Shown one piece after another: positions 9,060 through 19,700 of a stretch of DNA of 64,000 nucleotides. Position 1 is the stretch's first letter; each line of letters starts with the position of its first letter. The notes under the pieces are model-generated. The model had not been told where the DNA came from, did not search any database, and saw only the letters and a list, made by a program, of their open reading frames with translations. The position numbers and the translations under genes are program-made. This DNA is from an uncultured Gemmatimonadales bacterium (GTDB taxonomy: Bacteria; Gemmatimonadota; Gemmatimonadetes; Gemmatimonadales; Gemmatimonadaceae): the NCBI GenBank assembly GCA_963793305.1, contig CAWBZV010000003.1, positions 1,216,001-1,280,000 on the forward strand. Reading direction: 5' to 3'.

Positions 9060-10908
9060 GTGAGACCCAAGTCGAAAGAGGGGCCGACCACCTGGCGGGA
9101 AAAGGTCCGGGTCCTCCGCTATCTCCCCAAGCTCCTGGGACTGGTCTGGGAGACGCACCGCCCGTACACGACCGCGATGATCCTGCTCCGGCTCGTGCGG
9201 GCGTTCGTGCCGGTCGCCACGCTGTGGGTCGCCAAGCTCATTATCGACGGCGTCATCCGCGCCGCCGCCGGGCATGGGGTTGGGCGCCTCTGGCAATACG
9301 TCGCGCTGGAGTTCGCTATCGTCGTCACGGGCGAGTTCCTGGCCCGGGCATCGTCGCTAGTCGAATCGCTACTCGGCGATCTCTTCTCGAACTATGTCAG
9401 CGTGCGCCTCATGGAGCACGCGGCCACGCTCGACCTGGCCCAGTTCGAGAATCCCGCGTTCTATGATCACCTCGAGCGCGCTCGCCAACAAACGACCGGC
9501 CGCATTGCACTCATCGCCCAGTTGCTGGGCCTCGGCCAAGACGCGCTGACACTGGTCACTCTCGCGGGCGCCCTCGTGGCCTACGACGCTTGGCTGTTGC
9601 TCCTGCTCGCCGTCGCGATCCTGCCGAGCTTTCTCGGCGAGACGCATTTCGCATCGCTTGCCTACTCGCTGCTGTATCGGTGGACGCCGCAGCGGCGGGA
9701 GCTGGACTATCTGCGCTACGTCGGCGCGTCGGACGAGACCGCGAAAGAAGTGCAGATGTTCGGATTGGCGGGGTGGCTCTCGGCGCGCTACCGGCGGCTC
9801 TTTCAGCAGTACTACGCCGAGAATGCGCGCCTCTCGGTTCGCCGTGCGATCGTCAGTGCGTTGCTGTCGGTCGTGGGCTCGCTCGGCTACTACGGCGCAT
9901 ACGTTGCGATACTGCTCCGCGCCGTCGCGGGCCGCCTCACTATCGGTACCCTGACATTCCTGGCGGGGGCATTCAGCCGCAGCCGGGACTTGATTCAGCG
10001 CCTCCTTCTCTCGGCCAGCGACATCTACGCCCAGGCGTTGAACCTGCAAGATCTCTTTACGTTCTTCGCCGTCCAGCCTAGCATCACGACCCGTCCCGGT
10101 GCTCGACCGGTGCCCAGTCCTATTCGGGAAGGGTTTGTGTTCGAGGACGTCGGCTTTCAGTATCCCGGCAGCGAGCGTTGGGCGGTCCGCCACGTGGATT
10201 TTGTGCTTCGACCTGGCGAACGGATCGCGCTCGTGGGCGAGAATGGCGCCGGGAAGACGACAATCACCAAACTCCTCGCGCGGCTCTATGATCCGACCGA
10301 AGGCAGGGTGCTGCTCGACGGAGTCGACCTGAGAGAGTACGACCTGGCGTCGCTCCGTCAGGCCATCGGGGTGATTTTCCAAGACTTCGTGCGGTACGAC
10401 ATGCGGTTCGACGAGAACGTTGGCGTCGGCGAGATCGAGGCGGCGCGAGAGCACCTGGACGCCGAGCGGAATGGCAAGCCCTTGGATGCCATCGCGGATG
10501 CCTCGCACCGCTCCCTGGCCGCATCGCTGCTCCCGCGACTGCCCCAGGGTTATCAGCAGAATGCTCGGCCGTCGCTTCGACGAGGGCGTCGACCTATCTG
10601 GCGGCGAATGGCAAAAGGTCGCGCTCGCGCGCGCCTACATGCGCACGGCGCAACTCCTGATCCTCGACGAGCCGACGGCCGCCCTCGATGCGCGGGCCGA
10701 GTATGAGGTATTCGTCCGGTTCGCCGAGCTGATGGCGGGCCGTATGGCGGTGGTGATCTCCCACCGCTTCTCGACCGTTCGCATGGCTGACCGGATCATC
10801 GTCCTCGCGGACGGCACGGTCGTCGAGGAAGGGACACACGAAGAGCTGGTCGCGCGCGGCGCGCAATACGCCGAGCTCTTCGAGATGCAGGCGTCCGGCT
10901 ATCGCTGA
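9060..10908 (+). CDS. ABC exporter (TMD plus NBD), +1 frameshift at about 10560
   Basis: TM domain and Walker A GENGAGKTT in ORF 9060..10706; LSGGEWQKV, ILDEPT and SHRFST in the frame of ORF 10420..10908. Removing one A at 10560 restores QQMLGRRF. Confidence 0.9.
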
Positions 10909-12346
10909 GTCGGGTCGTTGATCTGACCCAGGAACAGAATCAACCCCGTACGGTCGTCGCGGATTGCGGTGATGAAGGGGCGGTCGACGATCATCTCGGG
11001 CTCTTGATGGGCGGATGTCGTTTGCACCATCACCACCCCGGTTGCGGCGGCTGCTTCCGTTCCTTGCTCGTCGACGTCGACGTAGGTCTTCTGCACGACC
11101 TTCGAGATGAAGACGTTCGTCTCGCGGAGAAACGATCGTGGCAGCATCCGGCTGAAGTCGGCGTGCTGGGGGTCGAACGCGACTCCCATACCGAGCGCCT
11201 TGAGCGGGTCGTTCAGCGTCGTCTGGTACTCGATATGGAATTTCGGTAGGCCGAGGCGCATCCGAACACTGTTGAATTTTGAGAAATCGATCGTTGCCGC
11301 GACATCCGCCAATGGGACGCCGGAGTCGGGGAGGAACACGTACATGGCGATCCGGTCGCCCTTGTAGGGGAGGCGAACGGCTGCGAACTTCGCGCCGCGC
11401 TGGTACTGCGTGTCATCGTGCCGGTACATGAGCTTTCGGCTCACCACACTGCCACCGGCCAGCGTGAACGGATGCGCTCGCGTGGCGGCTGTATCGAACT
11501 TGTCCTTCCAGAGGCCCTTGAAGTAGACAGCGTTCAACAGGATCATCACGGTCGTGTCGGGCAGCGTGTCCGCCAGGAGCGTTTGGATCTTGTCGTGCGT
11601 GGCCTTCGCGACCCAGCCGTTGATCTCCTGCTGCGCCGTGGGGCCGTGCAGCACCATCGATCGGACCTCGGCGCGATAGTCGTTCCGCGTCGACTCGAGG
11701 AACGATCGCAGGAAAGGCTTGCCCGCACTGGCCCAGATGGAGTTGGCGATCGAGAGCTGCACATCTTTTTGGTCGGCCAGTTCCTTCAAGAGCTTGGAGT
11801 TCTCGGGTCCCAGTTTCTCCGGCGCCGCGCCATCGACTCCGAGCGCATGCGCCATCGCCGTCTCGGTCGTGCCGCCCGAGCCGCCGTACGTCATCGCGAG
11901 CGCGAAGGCGGCACTGGCCGGCGAGAGAAAGACGTTGGAGTCGCTGGCGTGGCGAATGGTCTCGCGAAACAGGCCGAGACTGAAGGTTTCGTAGTTCGGT
12001 CCTTTCGGAATCGGCGCGGCTTTCTCGAATTTTTCGATTGTGATGCCGTCCTCCCTGAACGTCTCGACCCGCATCACAACGTCGACGTGAAGCTGCTGCC
12101 TGGTCGACAACTCGGTGTCCACCGACGCTCCGTGATAGCCCGATACGACGGACGGTCAGGTGGACGGCACCAGCGGGCAGTGAGTCGATGCGATATTGGC
12201 CGAGCGAGTCGGTCATCGTGTGCCTCGCCAGGGCTGACGGACACGGCCGCGTACGAGATCGGCCGGCCGGCGGTATCCCGGACGACCCCGGCGACCGAGC
12301 CCGTCACTTGCGTCTGTAGGGCCAGAATCAGCAGGATGGTAGGCAT
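10899..12346 (-). CDS. Secreted serpin with an N-terminal carboxypeptidase-regulatory-like domain; two frameshifts (about 12220 and 12140)
   Basis: Serpin motifs NVFLSPAS, INGWVAKATHDKI, LLNAVYFKGLW, DEQGTEAAAAT, VDRPF, LILFLGQINDP. Upstream frames give a signal peptide plus GSVAGVVRDTAGRPI...TDSLGQYRIDSLPAG. Confidence 0.88.
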
Positions 12347-12360
12347 ACCGAGGGAGACGC

Positions 12361-13764
12361 GTGACGACCGCCAACTTGCACACACCTGGTCCCCACATCG
12401 AGCACCTCGTCGTGCTGATGCTCGAAAACCGTTCATTCGACCACATGCTCGGGTTTCTGCGAAGCCCGGACTACCCGATCGACGGCGTCACGGGCGCCGA
12501 GTCGAACCCGGCGTCGGACGGCGGCCCGGATGTGACGATCAGTCACAACGCGTTGCCGGTCGGCGACTTGAACCCCGATCCCGGGCACGACTTCGAGGAC
12601 GTCAACGTCCAGGTGTTCGGCACCCGCGCGCCGGTCCCAGGGGCGGGCGTGACCATGAAAGGGTTCGTGCGCAGCTACGCAACTATAGATGCCACATCCC
12701 GGCACGGGTCCTCGATCATGAAGTGCTTCGCGCCGTCGAGCCTGCCAATCCTCGCGACGCTGGCGAAACAGTACGCCGTGTGCGAGCGGTGGTTCTCGTC
12801 CGTGCCCGGCCCGACGATGCCCAACCGGATGTTCGTGCACGCCGGGACATCGCTGTCCCGCGTCGTGCCTGACCCTGACTTCTCCTCGCTCCGCACGATC
12901 TTCGAGGCGTTCGACAAAGACCCCGCGTTTCGGCGCTCCGACTACCGGATCTATCACCAGGACGGATTCACGGTGCTGCTCACCGTCGGGCATCTGATCG
13001 ATGACCAGCACGGATTCCGCGACTACAACCGGTTCGCCCACGACTGCGAGCGCGGGGACCTGCCGGCGTACTCGTTCATCGAGCCCCGTTATGCAAACGA
13101 TTCCCGCGACGGGAACTTCTTTGCGGCGAGCGATCAGCATCCGGATCATGACGTCATGGAAGGGGAGCGGCTGATCCGCGACGTGTACCTGGCGATTCGC
13201 GGCAACACGAAATTGTGGCATTCGACGATGCTGGTCATCGTCTACGACGAGCACGGTGGCATCTACGACCACGTCCCGCCGCCATCGATCCCGGCCACCG
13301 GCGATCCGGCCATCGATAAGACGTTCGCGTTCGATCGACTCGGCATTCGGGTACCGGCGGTGCTGGTCTCACCATGGATCCCGCCGCGCACAATCGTCCG
13401 TACGCAACTCGAGCACTCGTCGATTGTTGGAACGGTCCGCAAACTCTTCGGCCCAACGTCTTCTCCACTCGGCCGCGACGCGACCGCGGGCACGTTCGAC
13501 TTCGACACGATTCCCCATCTCGACGCCCCGCGCACGGACCACGTCCGATTCCCGCACCGTCTGGCCGCGGCTGCCCCGATGGCCGAGACTCGCGCAACAG
13601 AGCTCGCTCGGCTGATGGTCCGCCAAACGCATCGATCGCTGCAGCGCGTCGGCCTCAAGCCGGTCATTGACGCCGAAGGCGTCATGAGCGACCAACAAGC
13701 CGCCGACTACATGCGAGCGGCAGCGCGCATGATCGCCGAGGGAGGCACGAACGCGCCGGCTTAG
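12361..13764 (+). CDS. Phosphoesterase, phospholipase C/acid phosphatase (PlcN/AcpA) family
   Basis: IEHLVVLMLENRSFDHMLG, WFSSVPGPTMPNR, DQHP, YDEHGGIYDHVPPP, LGIRVP. GAGGGAG precedes the GTG start. Confidence 0.92.
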   Translation: MTTANLHTPGPHIEHLVVLMLENRSFDHMLGFLRSPDYPIDGVTGAESNPASDGGPDVTISHNALPVGDLNPDPGHDFEDVNVQVFGTRAPVPGAGVTMKGFVRSYATIDATSRHGSSIMKCFAPSSLPILATLAKQYAVCERWFSSVPGPTMPNRMFVHAGTSLSRVVPDPDFSSLRTIFEAFDKDPAFRRSDYRIYHQDGFTVLLTVGHLIDDQHGFRDYNRFAHDCERGDLPAYSFIEPRYANDSRDGNFFAASDQHPDHDVMEGERLIRDVYLAIRGNTKLWHSTMLVIVYDEHGGIYDHVPPPSIPATGDPAIDKTFAFDRLGIRVPAVLVSPWIPPRTIVRTQLEHSSIVGTVRKLFGPTSSPLGRDATAGTFDFDTIPHLDAPRTDHVRFPHRLAAAAPMAETRATELARLMVRQTHRSLQRVGLKPVIDAEGVMSDQQAADYMRAAARMIAEGGTNAPA

Positions 13765-14971
13765 CGGGATCCTGGTCGTCCTCTCGGCGGCGACACTGCA
13801 CGCACAGGATCACCCCGGCGGGATGCTGGGCTTTGAAACGCCATGGTGGCCCGAGATCCGCCGCGAATGCCCCATGGCCTTCCGCGACGAGACGCACCTC
13901 GAGACGTGCCTGGTCTACGTCCTCTCGGATGACCCAATCCACCCGGTCCTCGAAAGCATCGCCCCGATGAGCGGTATGGCCGCCGGGCTCTCCGGCGGCT
14001 GGGACCTGAGCCACGCGCGCGACCAGGCTGACATCGCGGGCCACGCGCTCGTGTCCGTCAACGGCTCATGGCTCGTCAACGCCGAGTACACGCTGGCGCC
14101 GAGACTCTGGAACTATCCGGCACGAACGCCGGACCGGACCCGGCTCGACATCTACGCCACTGTCGACGAGCTGCCGGAGATCGCGTTCTATACCGTCGGA
14201 CGCGATTCCCGTTTCTACGGCCAGCGTGAGATCGTGGGCGGCATCGACTACACCGCGCCGATCATCGAATGGCTGCGGCTCGGCGGCCGGTTCGAGTTTC
14301 GGCGGCCGAGTATTTCTGGTCTCGACGGAACCACGTCATTCCTGCACTACGATGCGATCGTGCAGTTGCACTATCCGATGTCGCCGCCGTACGACGCGGA
14401 TGCCCAGCTCAACTATCACATCTACCAGGATATCGCCGGCAACCGTCTGTCGTTCGGCCGGTTCACCGCTCTCACGACCTGGACTCGCACGCTCGCCCGC
14501 GTTGTGCGCTCCGACACGGCACACGGTCCGTCAATCGTCGACCGCGTGTTCTGCCACGAGGCGAAGATGAGAGACTGCGACTACGGGACGGTCACGGTGC
14601 GCGGTCGCCTGGCGGTTTCCAGCGCATTCGGCCGCAGCACCGTCCCCTTTTACTACCAGCCGACGCTCGGTGGCGCCGACATTGATAACTACGACACGCT
14701 CCGCGGGTTCGCCGACTACCGATTTCGCGGCCCCGATGACTGGCTCACCCAGGTGGAGTACGGGCGCCCGATCTGGGGGCCGTTTGGTTTACTCCTTTTC
14801 TACGATGCCGGTCGCGTCGGATTGAGCTTGAGCCAGGTCCACCAGGATTTTGGCGTTGGTCTGAGTGTCGCGGTGGCTTCGCGTGTCGTGCTCCGATCCT
14901 ACCTCGCCTTCGGCGGCGGGGAAGGCTTGGGCTCTGCCGTCAGGCTCACTGGAGTACCAGTCCCTCGCTGA
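13751..14971 (+). CDS. Outer-membrane beta-barrel of Omp85/BamA-TamA (surface antigen D15) type; apparent ACG start
   Basis: C-terminal LGG..TLRGFADYRFRG, FYDAGRV and DFGVGL. The frame extends upstream of ATG 13823 into a signal peptide (RRLSGILVVLSAATLHAQ) that begins at ACG 13751, 5 nt after GGAGG. Confidence 0.7.
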   Translation, partial: TRRLSGILVVLSAATLHAQDHPGGMLGFETPWWPEIRRECPMAFRDETHLETCLVYVLSDDPIHPVLESIAPMSGMAAGLSGGWDLSHARDQADIAGHALVSVNGSWLVNAEYTLAPRLWNYPARTPDRTRLDIYATVDELPEIAFYTVGRDSRFYGQREIVGGIDYTAPIIEWLRLGGRFEFRRPSISGLDGTTSFLHYDAIVQLHYPMSPPYDADAQLNYHIYQDIAGNRLSFGRFTALTTWTRTLARVVRSDTAHGPSIVDRVFCHEAKMRDCDYGTVTVRGRLAVSSAFGRSTVPFYYQPTLGGADIDNYDTLRGFADYRFRGPDDWLTQVEYGRPIWGPFGLLLFYDAGRVGLSLSQVHQDFGVGLSVAVASRVVLRSYLAFGGGEGLGSAVRLTGVPVPR

Positions 14972-15800
14972 GCACGCCGCGCTTGGCGAGCGACTGCAGT
15001 TGGGTCCCGTCGTGACTGACGACCACACTGATCCCTTGCGCCTGCACGCCCTTGAGCCAGGCCAGCTGCTTGGCGATGGCTGCGCGGTCCTCGCTCATGA
15101 ACCGGCTCGTCGAATCCGGCTTCTGCCGTTGCGTGTCGACACCCAGCGCACGCCACGCGATGTCGCCGATGAGGATCATCTCGCGGCCCGACACGAGCTT
15201 CACGTAGACCATCTGCGAGCCCGGGGTATGGCCGGCCGCCTTGATGAGTACGACGCCGGGCGCGATCGGGAGCGCTCTCTCATACTCGACGACGAGGTAG
15301 CGGCTCACCTGCGACGAGTCCATCGAGGTGAACGCGACCTTGGGTTTGGTGAGGAGCGTTTCGATCTGCTCGCGGGTAAGCAGCGTGTGCGGCGCGACCT
15401 GGTCGGCGATGGGGCCCTTGACCAGCGGCTGCACGTGGTCGACATGCTCGTGGGTGATCACGATCAGGTTGGCCTTTTCGAGCGCCGTCTCGATCTTCGC
15501 GAAGTTGTCGGCCTTGAATGAGCGGCCGCGGTGCAGCGCGGCCGAGTCCATGGCCGCGTCGACCATGATCCAGCCGTGGCGGAATCGCACTTGGAAGACG
15601 CCCGTCACGGAGAACGCTTTCGATGATCCCGCGCCGTCGACGGCATTGCCGACAGTGCCGGAGTCTTCATAGGCGTTTAGATAGCTCACGGCGATTGGGA
15701 GCTCGCCAGGGATTGCGCCACCGAGCGCGCGGACGGTTGTGAGGAGCGAGTCCGGCGTCTGGGCCTGGGCCAACATCATTAGCAGAGGGAGTGCGATCAT
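14946..15800 (-). CDS. Secreted metallo-beta-lactamase-fold hydrolase
   Basis: Signal peptide, THEHVDH (HxHxDH), GHTPGS, IGDIAW, SHD. Confidence 0.88.
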   Translation of the reverse strand: MIALPLLMMLAQAQTPDSLLTTVRALGGAIPGELPIAVSYLNAYEDSGTVGNAVDGAGSSKAFSVTGVFQVRFRHGWIMVDAAMDSAALHRGRSFKADNFAKIETALEKANLIVITHEHVDHVQPLVKGPIADQVAPHTLLTREQIETLLTKPKVAFTSMDSSQVSRYLVVEYERALPIAPGVVLIKAAGHTPGSQMVYVKLVSGREMILIGDIAWRALGVDTQRQKPDSTSRFMSEDRAAIAKQLAWLKGVQAQGISVVVSHDGTQLQSLAKRGVLSEGLVLQ

Positions 15801-15819
15801 GGCCCAGTATACGTAGGGC

Positions 15820-15849
15820 TTGACGTTGTTGTTGGGGTTAGTATATACT
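15820..15849 (+). promoter_or_regulatory. Sigma70-type promoter for arsR-SRPBCC (TTGACG-N18-TATACT)
   Basis: Near-consensus -35 at 15820-15825 and -10 at 15844-15849, ending 8 nt before GTG 15858. Confidence 0.65.
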
Positions 15850-15870
15850 TACGGTAAGTGAAGACTAACC
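15836..15870. promoter_or_regulatory. 35-bp dyad GGTTAGT-atat-ACTTAC-G-GTAAGT-gaag-ACTAACC, probable ArsR autoregulatory operator
   Basis: Two nested pairs of perfect inverted arms that cover the -10 box and the start codon of the ArsR gene. Confidence 0.65.
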
Positions 15871-16178
15871 ATCATCCAGCGCTCAAGGCCCTCGGCGACC
15901 CCACGCGCCTGGAGATCTTCGAGCGGATCGCGCGAAAGCCCATGGCCGTCGGCGAGATCGCCCGCGAGCTGCCAGTCAGTCGGCCCGCGGTCTCGCAGCA
16001 CCTCGCGGTGCTCAAGGCCGCCGGCCTCGTGATCGATCGCGCCGAGGGAGCGCGTCGCGTCTATCGCGTCGACGCCGCGGGGCTCACCGTGCTGCGGGCG
16101 TGGTTGGATCGGTTCTGGGACGGCGCACTGGGCGCATTCAAGGCGGAAGCCGAGCGATCACTCAACGAGGACAACTGA
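15858..16178 (+). CDS. ArsR/SmtB family transcriptional regulator
   Basis: KALGDPTRLEI, AVGEIA, VSRPAVSQHLAVLKAAGLV, EGARRVY. Confidence 0.93.
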   Translation: MKTNHHPALKALGDPTRLEIFERIARKPMAVGEIARELPVSRPAVSQHLAVLKAAGLVIDRAEGARRVYRVDAAGLTVLRAWLDRFWDGALGAFKAEAERSLNEDN

Positions 16179-16651
16179 TGACAGCGATTCAGACGCCCGC
16201 GCCGGTGCAGAAGACCGTGCGCGTAGCCGTCTCACCACAGAAGGCGTTCGAGGTCTTCACCGCCCGAATGAGCAAGTGGTGGTTGGCGGACCATTCGATC
16301 ATGAAAGTCCCACGCGAGTCCGTCATCCTCGAGCCGCGGCAGGGCGGCCGCTGGTACGAGCGTGGCGTCGACGGATCCGAGTGCACGTGGGGATATGTCA
16401 TCACCTGGGAGCCGCCGAAGCGGATCGTGCTCGCGTGGCAGATCGACGGCACGTGGCAGTACAACGAGAAATTCGTGACCGAGGTCGAAGTGCGATTCAC
16501 GCCCGACGGATCGAACGGCACGCGCGTCGATCTCGAGCATCGGAACATGGAGCGGTTCGGCGAGGGGGCCGAGTCGATGCGCGCCGGGTTGGATGGCACG
16601 ATGGGTTGGGGTCAGGAGCTCGAGAGCTTCGTTGTAGCAACGCGCAGTTGA
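16178..16651 (+). CDS. SRPBCC/AHSA1-like domain protein
   Basis: TGATG overlap with arsR. AFEVFT..MSKWW, LEPRQGGRWYE, WEPPKRIVLAW, TRVDLEH, GW. Confidence 0.9.
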   Translation: MTAIQTPAPVQKTVRVAVSPQKAFEVFTARMSKWWLADHSIMKVPRESVILEPRQGGRWYERGVDGSECTWGYVITWEPPKRIVLAWQIDGTWQYNEKFVTEVEVRFTPDGSNGTRVDLEHRNMERFGEGAESMRAGLDGTMGWGQELESFVVATRS

Positions 16652-16705
16652 CAATCTGAAAACGGAGTGTAGTGTATCGGCCGCTCCGACTCTTCGGATC
16701 CGCCG

Positions 16706-19700
16706 ATGCACTCCCGACAACTCGCTCTCTTTGTGGCCGCCGCCGGACTCCTCTCCGGCGGTCGGCCACCGTTGCGCGTTCTGCGCACCACCCCAGATGC
16801 GACGGCGTCACCCGGTGCGACGATCACGATCGTCTTCGATCGGCCAGTCGCGGGCTCGCTCGACTACACGATCGATCCGCGCACGATCGTGCACGTCGAG
16901 CCCGAGATCCCCGGGACGCTCGAATGGCGTGACCCGATCACGATTCGGCTCACACCGGCGCATCCGCTGACGCCCGGCGCGACCTACACGGTCGTCGTCG
17001 ATCCGACCTTCCACGCGATGGATGGGAGCCGGCTCGCCGAGCCCTATCGTTTCTCGTTCAAGACGCTCGGCCCCACACCGATCTGGGGTACTCCGGCGAA
17101 TCCCGACGCCGATGGCAGATTCGTCGAGCCGACATCGGCGTTCGAGCTCGCCTGGAGCTCACCGCCGGACCAGGCGCTGCTCGAGACGGCGCACCTCGTA
17201 TTCGACCCGAGTTGCGGCGGCTCGGTGCCGTTGGACGTGACCGGGTCGGCGCGCTCGTTGAACGACAAAGACCCGTGGCGATATCACCAGCCACGTCCCG
17301 ACATGCCGGACTCGCTCCGTCGAGTCGTGACGCTGACGCCGCGTTCGCGCCTTCCCCTCGGTTGTCGCGGTCAGCTCGTGGTCGGCACGGTGTCGTGGGC
17401 GTTCCGGACCTACGGAGCGTTCAAGCTCGACACCGTGGGCTGCGACTTTAACGAAGGGTGTCCGACAGGCCCCATCGAAGTTCGCTTCTCGACACCGGTT
17501 CGCGGCAGCGAAGTCCGCCGGCACGTCACGATATTCCCCGCGACGCCGTTCACGATGAGTGACACGGCGCTCGAAGCGACCCGTTGGCAGCTCGACGCCC
17601 GGCTCGTGCCCCGTTCGACGTACGCGGTCGTGGCGGACACCGCGATCCGGGACGTGTTCGGCCAACGTCTCACCGGCAACCCGGCGACTGGTCTTCGGAC
17701 ACCGGGCTTCGAGCCGGCCGTCGACTATCCGTTCGGTCGACTGCTGGTCGAACGCACCGGGTTCCGGACGCTCGCCATCCAGCACCTCAATGTCGACACA
17801 CTCGTGGCGTACTTGGCACCGGTGTCCGACTCGCTGCGCTCCGAGCTGCTGGTCGCTTCGCCGTGGAACGTCGGCGAGCTCTGGCGCCGCGTGTCGACCC
17901 ATGCGATCGAGCGCCGTATCCCCGTCAAGAATATCCGCGACAAAGGCTTCGTCACCCTGCTACGCTTGCCCGGCGGCGACACGACGCTCGTGGCGGTGAA
18001 AGTCGTTGGCATCAGCATCAAAGAACCGTCGCGGTCCTCCCGGCGCGCTCTCGTCGAATCCGCGCCCGTCGCCGTGCTGGAGATCAGCGACCTCGGTGTT
18101 CACGCGAAGATCGGCGCCGATCGCGGCGCCGTCTGGGTCACCGGTGCGGCCGATGGCCAGCCACGTGCTGGCGTGCGCGTCACGCTACACAACGCTTCTG
18201 GTTCGACAGTCGCTGCTGCAACGACCGACGCCGATGGCGTTGCTCATCTCAGCGGATACGTACCGAATGACGACGACAGCGAAGAACCGAGTGCTTTCAC
18301 CGGGTTCGTCGATGCCCGGCTCGGCGATGATCGAGCGGTTCTTGGCGTTGGCGGCTATGAGCCCGACTTGAGTCCGTGGCAGTTCAATGTGCAACCAGCC
18401 TCTGGGACGGCGAGTCTGCCCGGCGCCGTCGCCGTGTTCACTGATCGGGGCATCTATCGGCCAGGCGAGTCCATTCATGCCAAGGCGATAGTGCGGCGTG
18501 GTTTGCTCGGCAGCCTGCGTGTACCCCCAGCTGGCGACTCGCTTCGCTGGGAGCTTCACGACCGCGAGTTCGCGCTCATAAAGGACACGACGGTCCACCT
18601 CTCCGCGTTCGGCACCACGGACGTGACGTTCGCGATCCCGTCGAACGCTGGCCTGGGGACGTACAGCGTTCGTGCCCGTGTTCACGAGCTGGGCACCTGG
18701 CGCACACTCGGATTCGCCAGCGTGCGAATCGCCGAGTATCGGCCGCCGGAGTTCTTGGTCGACGTGAGCACCGATAGCGCGCCGACGTTCGCGGGCGATT
18801 CGATGCGGCTCGTCGCGCAAGCGCGCTATCTCTTCGGCGCACCGATGGCCCGTGCCGCCGTCCAATGGCAGGCCGAGCAAACCGACCTCTGGACTTGGGA
18901 CCTCCAGATCCCAGGGACTGACGGATGGGAGATCGGTGACGGCCGCTGGTGGGAGGACGACGGCCAGGCGGCCGAGTCGGGCGAACCCCAGAGCGTGTTT
19001 GCCAGCGGAACCGACACGCTCGACAACGCGGGTCGGCTCGCGTGGCGAGTGGGATTACCACGTCCATCAAAGGGACGCGGCGCCCGGGTGCGAGTGCAGG
19101 CGACCGTCACCGACGTCAACCGGCAGAACGTCGTGGCGAGCGCGTCGACGATCGTTCATCCGGCCGCGTTCTACATCGCGGCCAAAGTGCATGGATCCGT
19201 GTACTTCTGGACCGCGGGCACTCCGGTGTCGATCGATGTCATTGCGGTCCGTCCAACGGGCGATCGCGTGGCCGGTGTCGCGGTGCGCGGTGTCGCGACC
19301 CGGCGCGAGTGGCATCAAGTACGCCGGGTACGCAATGGCGTGTCCGATCTCGTCGGCGATTGGGTGATCGACACGGTCGGCAAGTGCGACGTCACGACGC
19401 GCAGTGACCCGGTCTCCTGCTCGGTAACTCCACGGAACGGCGGGGAGTATGCCGTGACGTGGACCGCCGCGGACGCGAACGGGCGGCCGGTGTTCACCTC
19501 GCTGGCGCGGTGGGTTACTGGCCCGGGGTGGGTGCCGTGGGACGATGAGTCTCAATTCAAGATGAATGTCGTCGCCGACCGGGCTTCATATAGAGTCGGC
19601 GACACCGCCACCATGCTCGTGGCATTGCCGATCACGAACGTCGAGGCGTGGGTGACGGTCGAGCGCGAAGGCATTATCGAGCAGCGGCGTATCCATATAA

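Noticed and set aside
16684..16697. Small hairpin TCCGA-ctct-TCGGA before alpha-2-macroglobulin as a terminator
   Set aside because: Only a 5-bp stem and no U-tract.
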